Shown here: positions 9,968-21,743 of the stretch, piece by piece | How the letters are laid out: the number at the start of each line of letters is the position of its first letter | Numbering within the stretch: position 1 is the stretch's first letter | Assembly (NCBI GenBank): GCA_963676915.2 | Contig: CAXXVK010000052.1 | Location: 32,001-96,000 of the forward strand | Reading direction: 5' to 3' | DNA: 64,000 nt | Source of the DNA: Myxococcota bacterium | GTDB lineage: Bacteria; Myxococcota_A; SURF-8; G963663525 | Made by a program: the position numbers and the translations under genes | Notes under the pieces: model-generated | The model's database searches: none | Told to the model about the DNA's origin: nothing | What the model saw: only the letters and a program-made list of their open reading frames with translations

Positions 9968-11502
9968 TCAGTGGGTTCGAGGTTTCGATTTCATGGCGAT
10001 CATCCGGCCCGCGATCTGCCCGGAAAGCATGGCAGGAGAATACCCGCCGCCCGGCTTGCACCAGGCACCGACGAAAAACAGCCCTTTTTTCGGCCCCTGC
10101 GGATTCAGACGTAAAATCGTATGGTTATACGGAGTGTTGTTGAAACCGTAAATCGCGCCTCCAAGCGTGTTGGCGTATCGCATGTTGGTAATCGGCGTTG
10201 ACACTTCGACCACTTCGATGCTGTCCCGCAATCCGGGAACCACCGTCTCGGCACGGTCGATCATGAAATCCGCTACTGCGTTCTTTCGGTCAACATATTC
10301 ATCGGGCGGAATCTCCATCCAGGGTTTTCCATACAACAAGGCGGTCAGCACAGAAATCGATGTGCCCGGCGGGGAGATATCGGGCCAGACCGAATTGTAA
10401 AACGTAAGCGCGATTTCGCCCGGATTTCCAGCTTCGTGGAACTTTTCGTAGTCTTTTTCGTAATCGTAGCTGGAATTGATGAAAATTTCGTGATCGTCCA
10501 GTCCGAAATCCTCTACCGTCTTGGTCGCAGGCAATGTAGACATTGAACGACGAGGGCGCGAGATCGTTGACCCGAAGTCCATCCATGTAGGAACGAGGAA
10601 CGTTTTCCAGCCCGACGAGATCCACACAGGTGGAAATCGGGTCGGCATTGGAAACCACGATGTCCGCACGGTATTCCTCACCCGTTTCGGTACGAACGCC
10701 GACAACGCGGTCTCCCTGGGTAAGGATTTTCTCTGCCCCGCAAAGGAAACGAACCTCGCCGCCGAGTTCCTCGAAACGTTCGATAAAAGCATTGGAAAGC
10801 GCTTGTGAACGACCCTTGGGATAGGTCGCACCCAAAGTGATGTAAGAACCAAGTGCCAGCGCGAAATAGAAAAACGATACCTTTGCCGGAGGAAGCCGAA
10901 ATACCCCCAATACTGTGAAATCACGGCTCGCGCTTCGGGACTTTCACATCACGGTTGAGCACCTCACCCCCACGTCGCGAAAAAGTAGCGTGGCAGGCTT
11001 CGGATCTTGAATGGCAACTCTGCGATTTTTTTGAGGTTTTCAGGGAAACGAGCATATTGCAGAGCATCGAGCGTACCGACTTCGGATGTCAACCGGTAGA
11101 TGCGATTCATGAAACGACGAATACCGTCCGCATCGTAGGGAAACGCATCGCATAAACGTTTCGACATACGCGGTTTTTCCCATAGGAAGCGTAATGTCCA
11201 GTTCGGGGAAAACCGAGCGGTAGAGATAGGGGATGGTCAGGAAGTCGAGTTTCTCCAACACGCCCAGGTATTTCAGATAGGAGCGTAGCGCTCCGGGTGA
11301 CTGTTCCGTGCCGATGTCGGACAACTCGTGCAACGCTACCTCGAATTCGATGCGTCCACGAACGAACGTCGTCGCGTAACCACCCGGAATATTGTGCTTT
11401 TCAAGCAACAATGTCCGATACCCTTTTCGGGCCAGAAACGTGGACACGGGACAAGCCGCCCAAACCCGCTCCAATGACAATCGCATCGTATGTTCCCGTC
11501 AT
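9968..11502 (-). pseudogene. Phytoene dehydrogenase/retinol-saturase-like FAD oxidoreductase, multiply frameshifted (possibly sequencing error)
   Basis: MTGTYDAIVIGAGLGGL, LEKHNIPGGYA, YPKGRSQALS, VVSNAD, STPIT.RY...GAIYG, GGGYSPAMLSG spread over 3 frames. Confidence 0.85.
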
Positions 11503-11725
11503 AACCGCACTTTCTCTGGAATGCGCAACGAACCGAAGCGTTTCCCACAGAAGGAATCTTCCGGTCATCGAAGTATTGCGCGTTTTTCAGAACCCTGGAA
11601 ACGTTACCTTTTCCATGAAAACCGTGGGAAGGTCATCTGTCAAGAAAGAATTTCAGAGAGAGTTTTTCCATTTTTCCGGGGTGTGAATTAAAATGTGGAA
11701 AATGGTATTTTTTCGCACGAAATTC

Positions 11726-11865
11726 GTTGGTTCAGGTTTTCAACCTGAACCGAAACGTTTAGGGGCAGGATAAAATCCTGCCCCATCATATCAAGAATTT
11801 CAGGGAGAGTTTTTCAAAAACGGCAGGGAGTCGGGATTCGTAGGTTAGGAGATTCTCCACCCGAC
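11726..11865. repeat. Cluster of REP-like hairpins
   Basis: ggttcaggtt-ttc-aacctgaacc (11729-11751), ggggcaggat-aaa-atcctgcccc (11762-11784), degenerate GTAG-led unit at 11840-11865. Confidence 0.55.
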
Positions 11866-11874
11866 AGAGAAAAA

Positions 11875-12798
11875 TCAGGCTTTGGCAGGAAAATGCAATT
11901 TTATGACGGCTCCACCGTCCGGGTCGTTATCCAATTCCAATCGTCCACCGTGCAAAGCGCAATTCGGCGAACGGTTTCAAGCCCCAGACCTTTCAGGTGT
12001 ACACGCTCGCGAACCAGTGAATCACCGTTCTCCATGGCTTTCCTGGTCCATTCCAGGAATTCTTCGTCGATTCCCGGTCCGTTGTCCCGCACTTCCAGAC
12101 AACGCCGTCATCCTCGGAAAACAGATGAAAATACACCTGTTTTTGCTCTCCGCCATGTTCGATCACGTTGCTTAACAACTGCTCGACCGCTACCAGCAAC
12201 AACTCGGGATGATGCCGTACGACCCCATCGCCGAAATCGTTACTCCATTCGAGTGGCAATCCTCGAAACGCCACCAAGGGACGGTTGCGGTCGATAGCCT
12301 GATCTATCGTCAGACCTAGAGGGAGTTCGGGCAACTCTACGGTGGCGGGAATGTCCCGCAACATGAACAATCCCAACACGTTACGGCCTCAAACGGCCAA
12401 GTGAGGCAACTTCGTGTTCGGCACTCACCAGTCTTGGCGTTACGTCTCCACCTTTGGAAAGGTCAAGTTTTGCCGCCTCAAGATCCAATTGCAAACGTTG
12501 CAATGGAGTTTTCATGGCGTGACCCAACGTGGCGGTCAGGGACTCGATTTCCTCCATCGTGCGGTCCCGTAGCGCCCTTACGTTGAACAACAGGGCATAG
12601 CTCCACACAACCATTCCCGACAACAACCAGACCGCCAGACAAACCAAGAGCAGCACGGGCAACCATGCCACACGCTCTCCGGGATGATCGATGGAAAATC
12701 AGGGCAACCGACACGATCACAGGCAACAGATCTACACTACCCACGATCAACGCGAGTTTCCAAAAAGATTTCGTACGTTTGAGTTTGCCTTCACTCAT
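11875..12798 (-). pseudogene. Membrane sensor histidine kinase, frameshifted
   Basis: 2 TM segments, H-box LGHAMKTPLQRL, N-box LLSNVIEHG, DNGPGI, GLGL in different frames. Confidence 0.8.
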
Positions 12799-12845
12799 CG
12801 AGAGAAAATCCCTGATGTCAAACCGATGTTCTTTCTATGAAATCG

Positions 12846-13605
12846 CTACGTTCTTTCTTCTTTTTCGGCCCCATCGTGCGGGAATAAAATCCGGCGGGGA
12901 ACAAGCAGGCCGTCCTCATCGCCAATTGCATCGGCAACGGGAATTCGATATGCAGCGCTCCGGCCTGGATTTTTTTTGTGGATATAACGGGCCGCTTTCT
13001 CGGCAGGCCATAGAAACGGTAGTGGCTCTTTGTTGACCTTGGTCATCGGTGTATCGACGAACCCCGGACAAATATTGATGAAACGGATATCCGAGCGCGG
13101 TGAGCGTCAACGAAAGCCTTCGATCATCACCCGTACCGCGCTTTGCTGGCTGCATAGGCCGGGCTTTGAGGCAAACCTCGGTATCCAGCCAACGAACTGA
13201 CGGCAGCGATTACCGTGTTTTCGGCATCCCGATAATGGGGATACAAAGCGGAAACCCAGTTCAACACCCCGAAATAATTGGTTTCGAAGGTCCGCCGATG
13301 CAAATCGACATCCACTTCGGTTCGCTTGTCGAGTTCGCCGATTCCGGCATTCAAAATCGCGATTCTCGGAACAGAGTCAAGTTGCTCCACGACGCGGTTC
13401 ACTGCATCGCTATCCGTCGTGTCACAAACCATAGTACGAGAAATTCTCGCCGAGTTCTTCTTTGAGCGCCAGCAGTTTTTCTTCCCCGCCGGGCGACTCC
13501 CACCACCCGGTGATTTCTCCGGGCGTATTCTCGGCTCAAAGCTTCCCCGATTCCCGAGGAAGCCCCGGTGATCAGTACTCCGTCCCGATCCAGCGATTTC
13601 GCCAT
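12846..13605 (-). pseudogene. SDR-family oxidoreductase, frameshifted
   Basis: ITGASSGIG, LNAGI, VSSLAG, YAASK; 3' end approximate. Confidence 0.85.
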
Positions 13606-13618
13606 ATCATCCGTCCTT

Positions 13619-16600
13619 TCAGTCCTCATACGGCTGGCGTAATGATCTTCGTTGAAAAGTCACAGCTACTGTCGGAGAGGCAACGATGGTCCACAGTTCC
13701 TTGCCGTGAGTCTGGAAATACCGCCCGACCATGTTGATCATGTGTTGATCGATATCATACTGCTTGTACGGAGCCGGAACCACGAAACCGTGCGCTCCTT
13801 CCATTTCCAGGTAAGGAATACGCATGGCGGAAACGCCATATGGACTTACCCACTTGCCGTCGCCCTCGTCCGTAAGTTTTTCGAAGGTCGGTTCCCGATC
13901 CATACGACTTTCCGTCACGTCCCACGGACGGCTTTCCACCGTAGCCCGAAGAGGCGTTCCCGCATTGGGAGCACCAAAGACATCAAGATCGTTGTCCAGA
14001 TTGTCCGCATCGAAGTTGATGAACGCGGCTCATTGAAACAACTGTTGTCGAAGTAATTCAGACCTTCGATGGCTTCCAGACTTTTCGATTTGATCAAAAG
14101 GTCATTTTCGGAATAACTTCCGCCTTCACAGAACAATCCGTCCATTCCGGTCGCGGTTCGAACATTTCAATCATTCCGGCAGCACGGGCCACGTTGATCT
14201 CAACCGCCACCGGTACGTTCATATCACCGTTTGTGGGAATCACAAGATTGTTGACGTGTGGCGTCCAGCCTTCCCCTTCACGCGCCTTACGGAATTCATA
14301 CAGGGCAGCGTCCATCGGAACGTCACTGAAATCAAAGGGACGCTCGAACTGGTAGCGCATGTAGGCTACGGGGTCGGCCGGTTCGAGGATCATCGACGAA
14401 ATGTTCATCAGACGACGGAATTCGGGCGACTGCCTGACTTTTCCAAGACCATCCGCCGGGGACACCAGACGGTCGCCGGTTGATAGAAAAAGCCCTGGTA
14501 AAATCCACCGGGGAACGGCGCTCCATCGGTCACATCCAAATTCTGCGCCCAGGTATCGATAATTTCTTTTACGTGTCCGTCCTCGCCACGAAGTTCGATA
14601 TGGATCAGGTCGCCCATGCCGACGCATCGGGAATCCACTGCAATTCACTACGCAGGTGTACAGTCGCCGTTCTTCCTCGCCAAAGCGGCGATTTCTTCGT
14701 CCGTCAGGAGATGAACCGCTGCAAGCCATCGCGTTCGGCGACGATTTCTTCTACACCTCTGAAATACCACTCGTCGGCCATTCCCAGCGCGTGGCGTTTT
14801 TCCACACCGTCCAACGCATCGGCGGCATAGCCGGACACGGCAGGTGAGATTGTCATCCAGCACGCAGAACCATTCGTCGCCCGAAATCTCGTTGACCACC
14901 ACCACCCGGTCGCCAGGTACGGCGGGGTCCGTCGCTGTCGGCTTTGCTGCGAGCGAAATCCCGCATGAAATAGTCGTGTACGCCGTCGTTCGATCCCCAC
15001 CAGCGGGTATTGTCGGCACGATGAAGCCGAAAGACAACTGGTCGCTGTCCGCCACGGGTTGTGCAAAAACAAACGGTCCCATAAAGGAAAGGAACACAGC
15101 CTGGATTACGCCTTCCTGAATCGTGCGTAGACCTACGTCGATCAAACCGGCTCCTCCGGCCACCGGAGCAGCGGCCGTAATCGCCGGATCGGTCGGCGGA
15201 CAACAGCGCCGTGATGAAATCCGCCCAGCGACTGACCCCAGGGGTAGTAATCCTGGTTGGGACCACCGAAATCGGGGACACCATTGCCATCGAAGTCACC
15301 GGCGAGGGTCGTGAGCGTCAATCCCGGCGAAGTATTTCGAATCATCCTCGAAGGAACTTTTCGACCAGGAGGCGGAACCGTCGAAACTGCGCATAATACG
15401 AATAAATTGCATCGTATCGATAACCGACTGTCGCACGATGTCGCGAGTATGGAACGTATCGGCGGTCCAGAAGTCACCACCCGAGTCAGGAACACCATCG
15501 TTGGTTGAGATCCCGCGCACGTCCCGTCGAAAGGCTTTGAATCGCCGGACGAATGTACAATGAATCCAACAGACCGAGAACGACCGGATCTTCAAGGAAT
15601 TGCGGAGGAATCACCAATCCGTGCCCCACCGAATCGATACCGCAGGTCGCGATTCCGTAATAGGCCATCAGAGAGGCGAACACCAATGGCTTCGAAACGG
15701 TTGGTGGAATATCCGTGAGAATAGATGTTCACCGGGAAAGGCTGCTTGTAGTTCTCGGTTTCACGCGGAATCATGCACCACCATGTCACTTCGTCGTGAC
15801 CGACGTGGGCTTCCCCGGTTTTCGAATTGATACGGAACGATTCCTCGTTATCTCCAACGTAGGCATCGCTGTTGTATCCGTCCTGATCGTCCAGGAAATA
15901 CGGCACGTCGAAACGTCCCGAAAGGATGTGAGAAATGCTGTCCATCGTCTGAACCAGGTAGGTTACCGATTCGTCGGCGTGCTCGGGGCTGACGATTTCG
16001 CTCAACAACATATTTCCTGCGATTTCAAGCACTTGCTGTAGATTATCGATAGGAAGCAAATACTGGTTCCGTTCGTCGATGTCGGTTCCTTCCAGATCTT
16101 CCTCAAGCAGAGTAAGACGGTCGGCCTGAATGGTCGCCGGTAATTGCTCGGCCAGCCAGGCAAACGGTCCGACACCATACAGTCCCTTACGATCGCTACC
16201 AGATCCTTGGTCACGGTCTGCGTGGTGTAGCTCCAGGTGAAGGCTACGTCATCGAGAGACAACGTAACTTTCTTCAAGCTGGCGTCGCCTTCCATCGTAA
16301 ATCCTTCGGACAACACTTTTTTTAGCGGACTGAGTTCTTCGGTCTGCTTGACGTGATTGATGGTATTGAAAGGACTCCGAACAGGATTGCCTGCACCCGC
16401 CTCGCCGAGCAGGCGTTTGGTCAGCACCACCGCATAGGTGGTTTCTTCTTCCAGAGGAAGCAAGGGTTTGGCAATCAGCGTATTGCTTTCGTTTCTCGAA
16501 AAACGTGATCAACTCGCGCCATACGTCATCATTACTTTCCAGCGTATTGGGTTCATCAATCACCCCGTCTCCGTCGAGGTCGATTCCATCTACCGTCTCG

Positions 16601-17305
16601 TCATGGCTTTCGAACAGCAGGTTGGTGCCGTCGTAATGACTATCGCGGATTTCGTTGCGCCATACCGGATCACAATAATTGAAAAAGCCGGTGGATTCTT
16701 CACGAGTGTACGGCGGTTCTCCGTTGCTGGTCAGCGGAACCCAGTAATTGTCCTGCGTCCATGCTTCCTCGACACACAGGCCGCGTTCCTCGGTGTAGGG
16801 ATCGCCGGGAACCGGCTGCATCAAAACCGGGAAATTGCCCTGCCCCAGATCCAGCGGAATCGCCGTACCGAACTTTTCGCTGTTTGGATCGATATTGAGC
16901 AGATACATCACGTCGTTGGACGGTTCGAGGTTTGCATCGTGGTGCCGCTCGATGATGTTCTCCAGATCCAAAGGCCCCTCGAAAGGAACCGTGATCGGCT
17001 GGAAAATTCCGAAACCATTGAGATCAACGGCCTTTTCTCGCAAATCCCGCTCCAGGGCGGTCGGTGCGATTTTGCTGATATTGACTCGCCGACCGGTGGC
17101 CATGGATTCTCTCATGAATCGTCGCCAGATTGTTCGGGAAAGGGATTTCGGCAAAAGGTTTATGGTCGAAATCGAATTTCAGTCGCGGTCCATCGCCGGA
17201 AGAATCCGCCTGAGCCAGCCCCCCGCCGCTCTGGTCGCAGCCCATGGCCGCCAACAAAAGGAAAAGGATCGTTACTGCCTGAATTATTGGATTGATCGTT
17301 CTCAT
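13619..17305 (-). pseudogene. Large lipoprotein with alpha/beta-hydrolase (Pla-1/Cef-like lipase) domain, heavily frameshifted
   Basis: Lipobox AAMGC; PFPNN, NGFG, HGY, DSVGHG, TRDIVRQ, nucleophile GQSLGG, GDMNVP, AHGF across more than 8 ORF fragments. Confidence 0.7.
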
Positions 17306-17334
17306 CGTTCGCCTGTTTTCCGTAAAGTCGTGTT

Positions 17335-19111
17335 TCAATTCCACCTTGTGATGGCTCCAGCCTTACCAGAGGACGCCCACGCGTCCTGTGACCTTGGAAA
17401 CGGGGTCCATTTCCACCCCTTGGGGACTGTTGAAGGCATCGCCCGGAAGGAAGTGAGCGAAATCCAGATTGACTTCGAAACGTACCAGTTCGCCTAGATC
17501 GTAGCTGTATCCGGCTCCGGCGTTGATTTCCAAACCGAGGTTTTTGCCGGGGTTTCATCGTTCCCCAGGTAAGAGGTCGGCGAGCCGCCGTTCTCGAAGG
17601 TCGGCCAGGGAGCCTGGAATTCCTCCGCCACACGAGCATACAACAAACCGAGTTTGAAGGTCGTACCCCATTTCGGAGGCTTGATTTTGAGGGTCGGATA
17701 CACGTAAAACGCATTCTGCACGCGCCCTTGGGACAACAACTGCTCGGTGCCTTTCGGGGGAGTGTTGCTGGCGTTCGGGATCGTATACCAGTGAAGCACC
17801 GCGAGCACTGACGGCCTCCATCACTTCGTCGAAAAGAATCATACCGACGTTGTAGTCGGGATCGAAAGAGAAGGCGTAGTTCGTCTCGTCGTAGGAATTT
17901 TTATCGCCGGAAGCATAGCCGACTTCGAACATCGGGACGATACCAAGCTCTGTGAAATCCATCCCCAGACGCCCAACGGCACCAAAAGCTTTCACATCGA
18001 TACCGTCCGGCGCTTCGTAATTGGTCACCCGGTCGGTGTGAGCCATCATGTAAACGCTTTCGAACGCCACCAACAACTGATAGGCCGGGCTACCGAGATC
18101 GATCTTGAAATCACCATAAAAATCGACGACATAGGCTTCCAGGGTGTCGCCGTCATCGTCCTCTTGGTTACGATATGCGAAATATCCGCCACCCTTGTAT
18201 TTCTCGGAAAAATACACCATCGAGGCTACCGCGCCCCAGGCCATATCGCCATCGAGCAACTCGGCGTTCTCATCCCGATAGGTCAGGTCCGCGCCAACCG
18301 CTACCAGCAGTTCCTTGGCCCATTTGGCATCGGTCGCCAAAGAGAACGGCGCGGTTACGAACATCAGCCGCTCGCTCAAATCGCCGTGGTATTTCTGTCC
18401 GAAACGGTCGTCATCGGGTTCGCCGTCGTTGGCAACGAGTCCCAATCCCCAGTTGGATGCCATCTGGCCACCTCGCAACAAACCGACCGGAGACATCCAT
18501 TCGAGGTACAGTTGCCGAAAATCGAACTTCGTGATGTCCGCCCCGTCGTGGCGATCCCGGCGTCGCAGGGCATCGGGATGTTTGAAACGAGCCGTATCCC
18601 CCCAAAGCTGACCCCGGAAAATGTCGAATTGCGACTTGATTTTAAGTTGGATATTCTCGAAGCGAATCCCAGGATTGACACGGAATTGGTGCTCGCCCCA
18701 CAGGCTTTGTCCAGCCGTGTTGCGGTCTTCGTCCACGGGGAATTCATCCATGAATTTGATCCACTGCCGATAAAAGCCCCCGTATTCCAACACAAGACCT
18801 TGGGCCAATTCCACTTCGCCTTTCGGAATCTTGTGGGGACGAATGGTCTTAACCGGTGCCGTTTCACGAACCTCAGCCGCTTCTTCTTCCACAACAGGAG
18901 TTTCCGGTTCGGCAACAACCGGTTCGTCCTCCACCTTTGGAGTTTCGGCAATCATTTCAACAGGTTCAGCAACAGGGGCACCCTCCGGTGCGGTTTCTTG
19001 CACAACAGCTTCGGAATTCGGAGAGACTTCCGTAGGCTGTGGCATCTCCTGTGCCGATAAAGAGCTATGGATAGCCAAAAAGAACAGTCCAACCAGAGCA
19101 AGCGTTCTCAT
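17335..19111 (-). CDS. Outer-membrane beta-barrel protein (alginate-export-like), frameshifted in last ~450 bp
   Basis: Signal peptide, Pro/Glu linker, RQLYLEW, GGQMASNWGLGLVANDG, GYASGD, FDPDYNVGMILF. Confidence 0.7.
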
Positions 19112-19167
19112 CGTTCACCTTTCACATATAGTTACGTTTGGGTATCCTTATCGAAAAGTTTGCCGCT

Positions 19168-20832
19168 TTACATGCTTGCGGCCCAATCCAGCTTCAGAAG
19201 CAAATAGCAGATCAATCCGTATCCGGCAACCACAAATCCCAATACCCAAAGAAGGGCTTTGTTGGGATGACGGTTCAGCGCTTCCCGTTCCTCGTCGGTG
19301 ACATCATCCAACTCGTCCCAGTCCTCACGCTGTTTCGTGTTGGCAAGGATTTGCAAGAGAATGACGAACACGACCAGAACTCCCGATGCAACCAGCATAT
19401 ACAGCAACGTAGTTTTGCGTTTGTTCTGCCGATCATTGAAGGCATCCCGCCGCTGGGTTTCGTTATCCATCAGCAAAGGAAGCAACAAGTATTCTTTGGG
19501 AAGTTGAGTCAACACCAAACGCGCCATGGCCTCGGCATCGACGGGAATTTCGTCGAGTCCCATGTTGTTGATTTTCTTCAACCATGGCTCAACGACATCA
19601 TTGGGATACGAAGGGCTGTTTTTCACATAAGACCAGAATTTCAGAAACGCTTCGTGCTCGATTTCCTTCATTTTATTGAAGGCTTCGATATCTGGTTTCG
19701 GTTTTTGTCGCGCTTTTACGATGGTTTCGTTGTCCAGCTTGGTCAACTCCGGCGAACAGTAGGCATAAAAGCCATCGAACGACGTTCCTGGCTGAAGGAA
19801 ATCGTATGCCGCCTGGACGTAAACCATTTTCTCGGTCCCGACCGGCAGCCGTAGTTTGATGGGTAGCTTGGCTCCATGAAGCTCGTATTTGGCCGAGTAA
19901 ATCCAGTTGCTGCCCTTGAAAACATCGATATACACCGGATCGCTTTGCAGTCCTTCCAGATCGAATTGCAACGGTTCGTCCACCCGGTACAGATGCTTTT
20001 TGGGACGCATCAACAGTTTGGTACCGACGGGAGCAATGAGATAATCACCGGAAAAAACAGTCTCTTTCGGATCTTCCAGCCTGATTTGAACCAAACCCTC
20101 ATCCAGAGAATGAGGATAATAATCGAACTCGGCCAGTCCCATGACATCGGTAGTGACTTGAGCGATTTCCTTCCCATGGGATTTCACGATGGCGGCAAGA
20201 TCCTTGACCGGTGTAAGACGATCGCGCACATAGGCGACAAGCAACATCGGATTGCTCAAATTCGGAACCAATCGGCCATTATTCGGCAAAATCTCCACAT
20301 GAATCGGCGGAGCGAAGCTATCCGCTTTCAGTGGTTTTCCCGTTTCCATCTGTTCCGGTGTCAACTCGGCGATTTCCACCGCCCGAGGCACTTCCTCACG
20401 GGTAATATCGATATTGAAACGAACTTCCTGCGGAGGATAAGGATCGGCCTTCACAACGGCCAGAAATTCATAATATCCGGGACGAAGGTTGGGAAGATTC
20501 TGTTGAATCTCCGCATAGTCTTTTCCGGCGCTGTACGCACTGCCGATCACCCATGGACGCCCACGCGAAGGATCGATAACACTCAATTCCACGCCGAAAT
20601 CTTCCAACGGGCGTTTTTCCGCGAAACCGTAGGCAAAAAACCGCATGGTCAGACGTTCGCCCGATGGATAACTCTTATACCCCTGGACACGCACGAAGAA
20701 ATCGAGCTTTTCCTGACCTACTCGAATGCCCCAGGAAAACAGCCCAAGGAAATAGAGCACGAGCAAGGCATAGAAAAATTTGCGCCTTCTGGACGCTCGC
20801 ATCTGTGCCGCGTAATCGAAAGAATCCTGCAT
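19168..20832 (-). CDS. Hypothetical membrane-anchored protein with macroglobulin/Ig-like beta domains (start uncertain, up to 20853)
   Basis: N-terminal TM, beta-rich core (TTDVMGLAEF), two C-terminal TM helices. Confidence 0.6.
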   Translation of the reverse strand: MQDSFDYAAQMRASRRRKFFYALLVLYFLGLFSWGIRVGQEKLDFFVRVQGYKSYPSGERLTMRFFAYGFAEKRPLEDFGVELSVIDPSRGRPWVIGSAYSAGKDYAEIQQNLPNLRPGYYEFLAVVKADPYPPQEVRFNIDITREEVPRAVEIAELTPEQMETGKPLKADSFAPPIHVEILPNNGRLVPNLSNPMLLVAYVRDRLTPVKDLAAIVKSHGKEIAQVTTDVMGLAEFDYYPHSLDEGLVQIRLEDPKETVFSGDYLIAPVGTKLLMRPKKHLYRVDEPLQFDLEGLQSDPVYIDVFKGSNWIYSAKYELHGAKLPIKLRLPVGTEKMVYVQAAYDFLQPGTSFDGFYAYCSPELTKLDNETIVKARQKPKPDIEAFNKMKEIEHEAFLKFWSYVKNSPSYPNDVVEPWLKKINNMGLDEIPVDAEAMARLVLTQLPKEYLLLPLLMDNETQRRDAFNDRQNKRKTTLLYMLVASGVLVVFVILLQILANTKQREDWDELDDVTDEEREALNRHPNKALLWVLGFVVAGYGLICYLLLKLDWAASM

Positions 20833-21004
20833 GACGTAGCCTGACATTTTCAAGAAAGAAAAGTGGGACGATCAACCCGAAGAATTCATGAAAAACCTAC
20901 TACGACTTGAAAACTCTCGATTTTTCATGAATTATCCAGGTTCACGATTTCATAACATGCCCCTGAATGGGACTCAAGGGTTTTTCGATCTTCCTACACT
21001 CCTT

Positions 21005-21205
21005 GGGTGCATCACAAAATGTAGCGAATTGGCCCAATAATATTGAAGCATTCATTCATTTGGTTGTAGCGGCGAGGCGTAAGCCCGCCGGAAAAGGAGA
21101 TTGGGGGCATAAAAGCAACTTTCTAAAGGCAAAAACGGCGGGCTTACGCCTCGCCGCTACGAAAAAAGAAGATTTTACGAAAGTCGCTATATTTTGTGAT
21201 GCACC
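21005..21205. mobile_element. MITE (~200 bp) with 25-bp terminal inverted repeats and 9-10 bp target-site duplication
   Basis: ggtgcatcacaaaatgtagcgaatt (21006-21030) vs aagtcgctatattttgtgatgcacc (21181-21205), 2 mismatches; tacactcctt at 20995-21004 and 21206-21215. Confidence 0.85.
21066..21160. repeat. GTAG-type REP doublet (REPIN-like)
   Basis: gtagcggcgaggcgtaagcccgccg (21066-21090) and its exact reverse complement (21136-21160). Confidence 0.85.
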
Positions 21206-21307
21206 TACACTCCTTACAAACCCGGCATAAACCAATCCTTCATGGAAAATTCATCCATTGCTGAAAAATCGGTTTCTACGGTTACAAAGATTCGAGGAAA
21301 AAGAAGA

Positions 21308-21679
21308 TCAGACGAAAAATTCTCGAATGCGTTCGGGCAGTTCCATCGGATCGAAAGGTTTGGCGAGCACACCCAGAGCCCCCAAAGCTTTAAGGCGCTC
21401 GACTTCGTCCCGGTGGTGCGTTGCCGTTAGAAACAGCACGGGAATGGAATGAAGTTCCGGGTCATCCCACAGCTTGCGGCAGGTATCCGGACCATCCATT
21501 TCCGGCATCATCACATCCATCAGAATCACGTCCGGTCGAAAAACTTTCGCCTTTTTAAGTGCTTCCTCCCCGGTCGCCGCCAGTTCGATGTCCCATCCCC
21601 CCACATCGCGCAGACTGATTTCACCGATGGTTCGGATATCCTCGTCATCATCGACCAGAAGAATTTTGCGAATCTCCAT
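21308..21679 (-). CDS. Single-domain response regulator receiver
   Basis: ILLVDDD, DVMMPEMDG, FLTA, KPF. Confidence 0.95.
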   Translation of the reverse strand: MEIRKILLVDDDEDIRTIGEISLRDVGGWDIELAATGEEALKKAKVFRPDVILMDVMMPEMDGPDTCRKLWDDPELHSIPVLFLTATHHRDEVERLKALGALGVLAKPFDPMELPERIREFFV

Positions 21680-21743
21680 GGTCCTTCCTTCGTTTTTGCG
21701 AAAGCAAGCCTCTTTTTGCCCCCAAAAAAGGCTTGCTGTTCAC

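Noticed and set aside
20883-20933. 13-bp inverted repeat aattcatgaaaaa/tttttcatgaatt
   Set aside because: AT-rich, no TSD or second copy seen; could be an operator but unsupported
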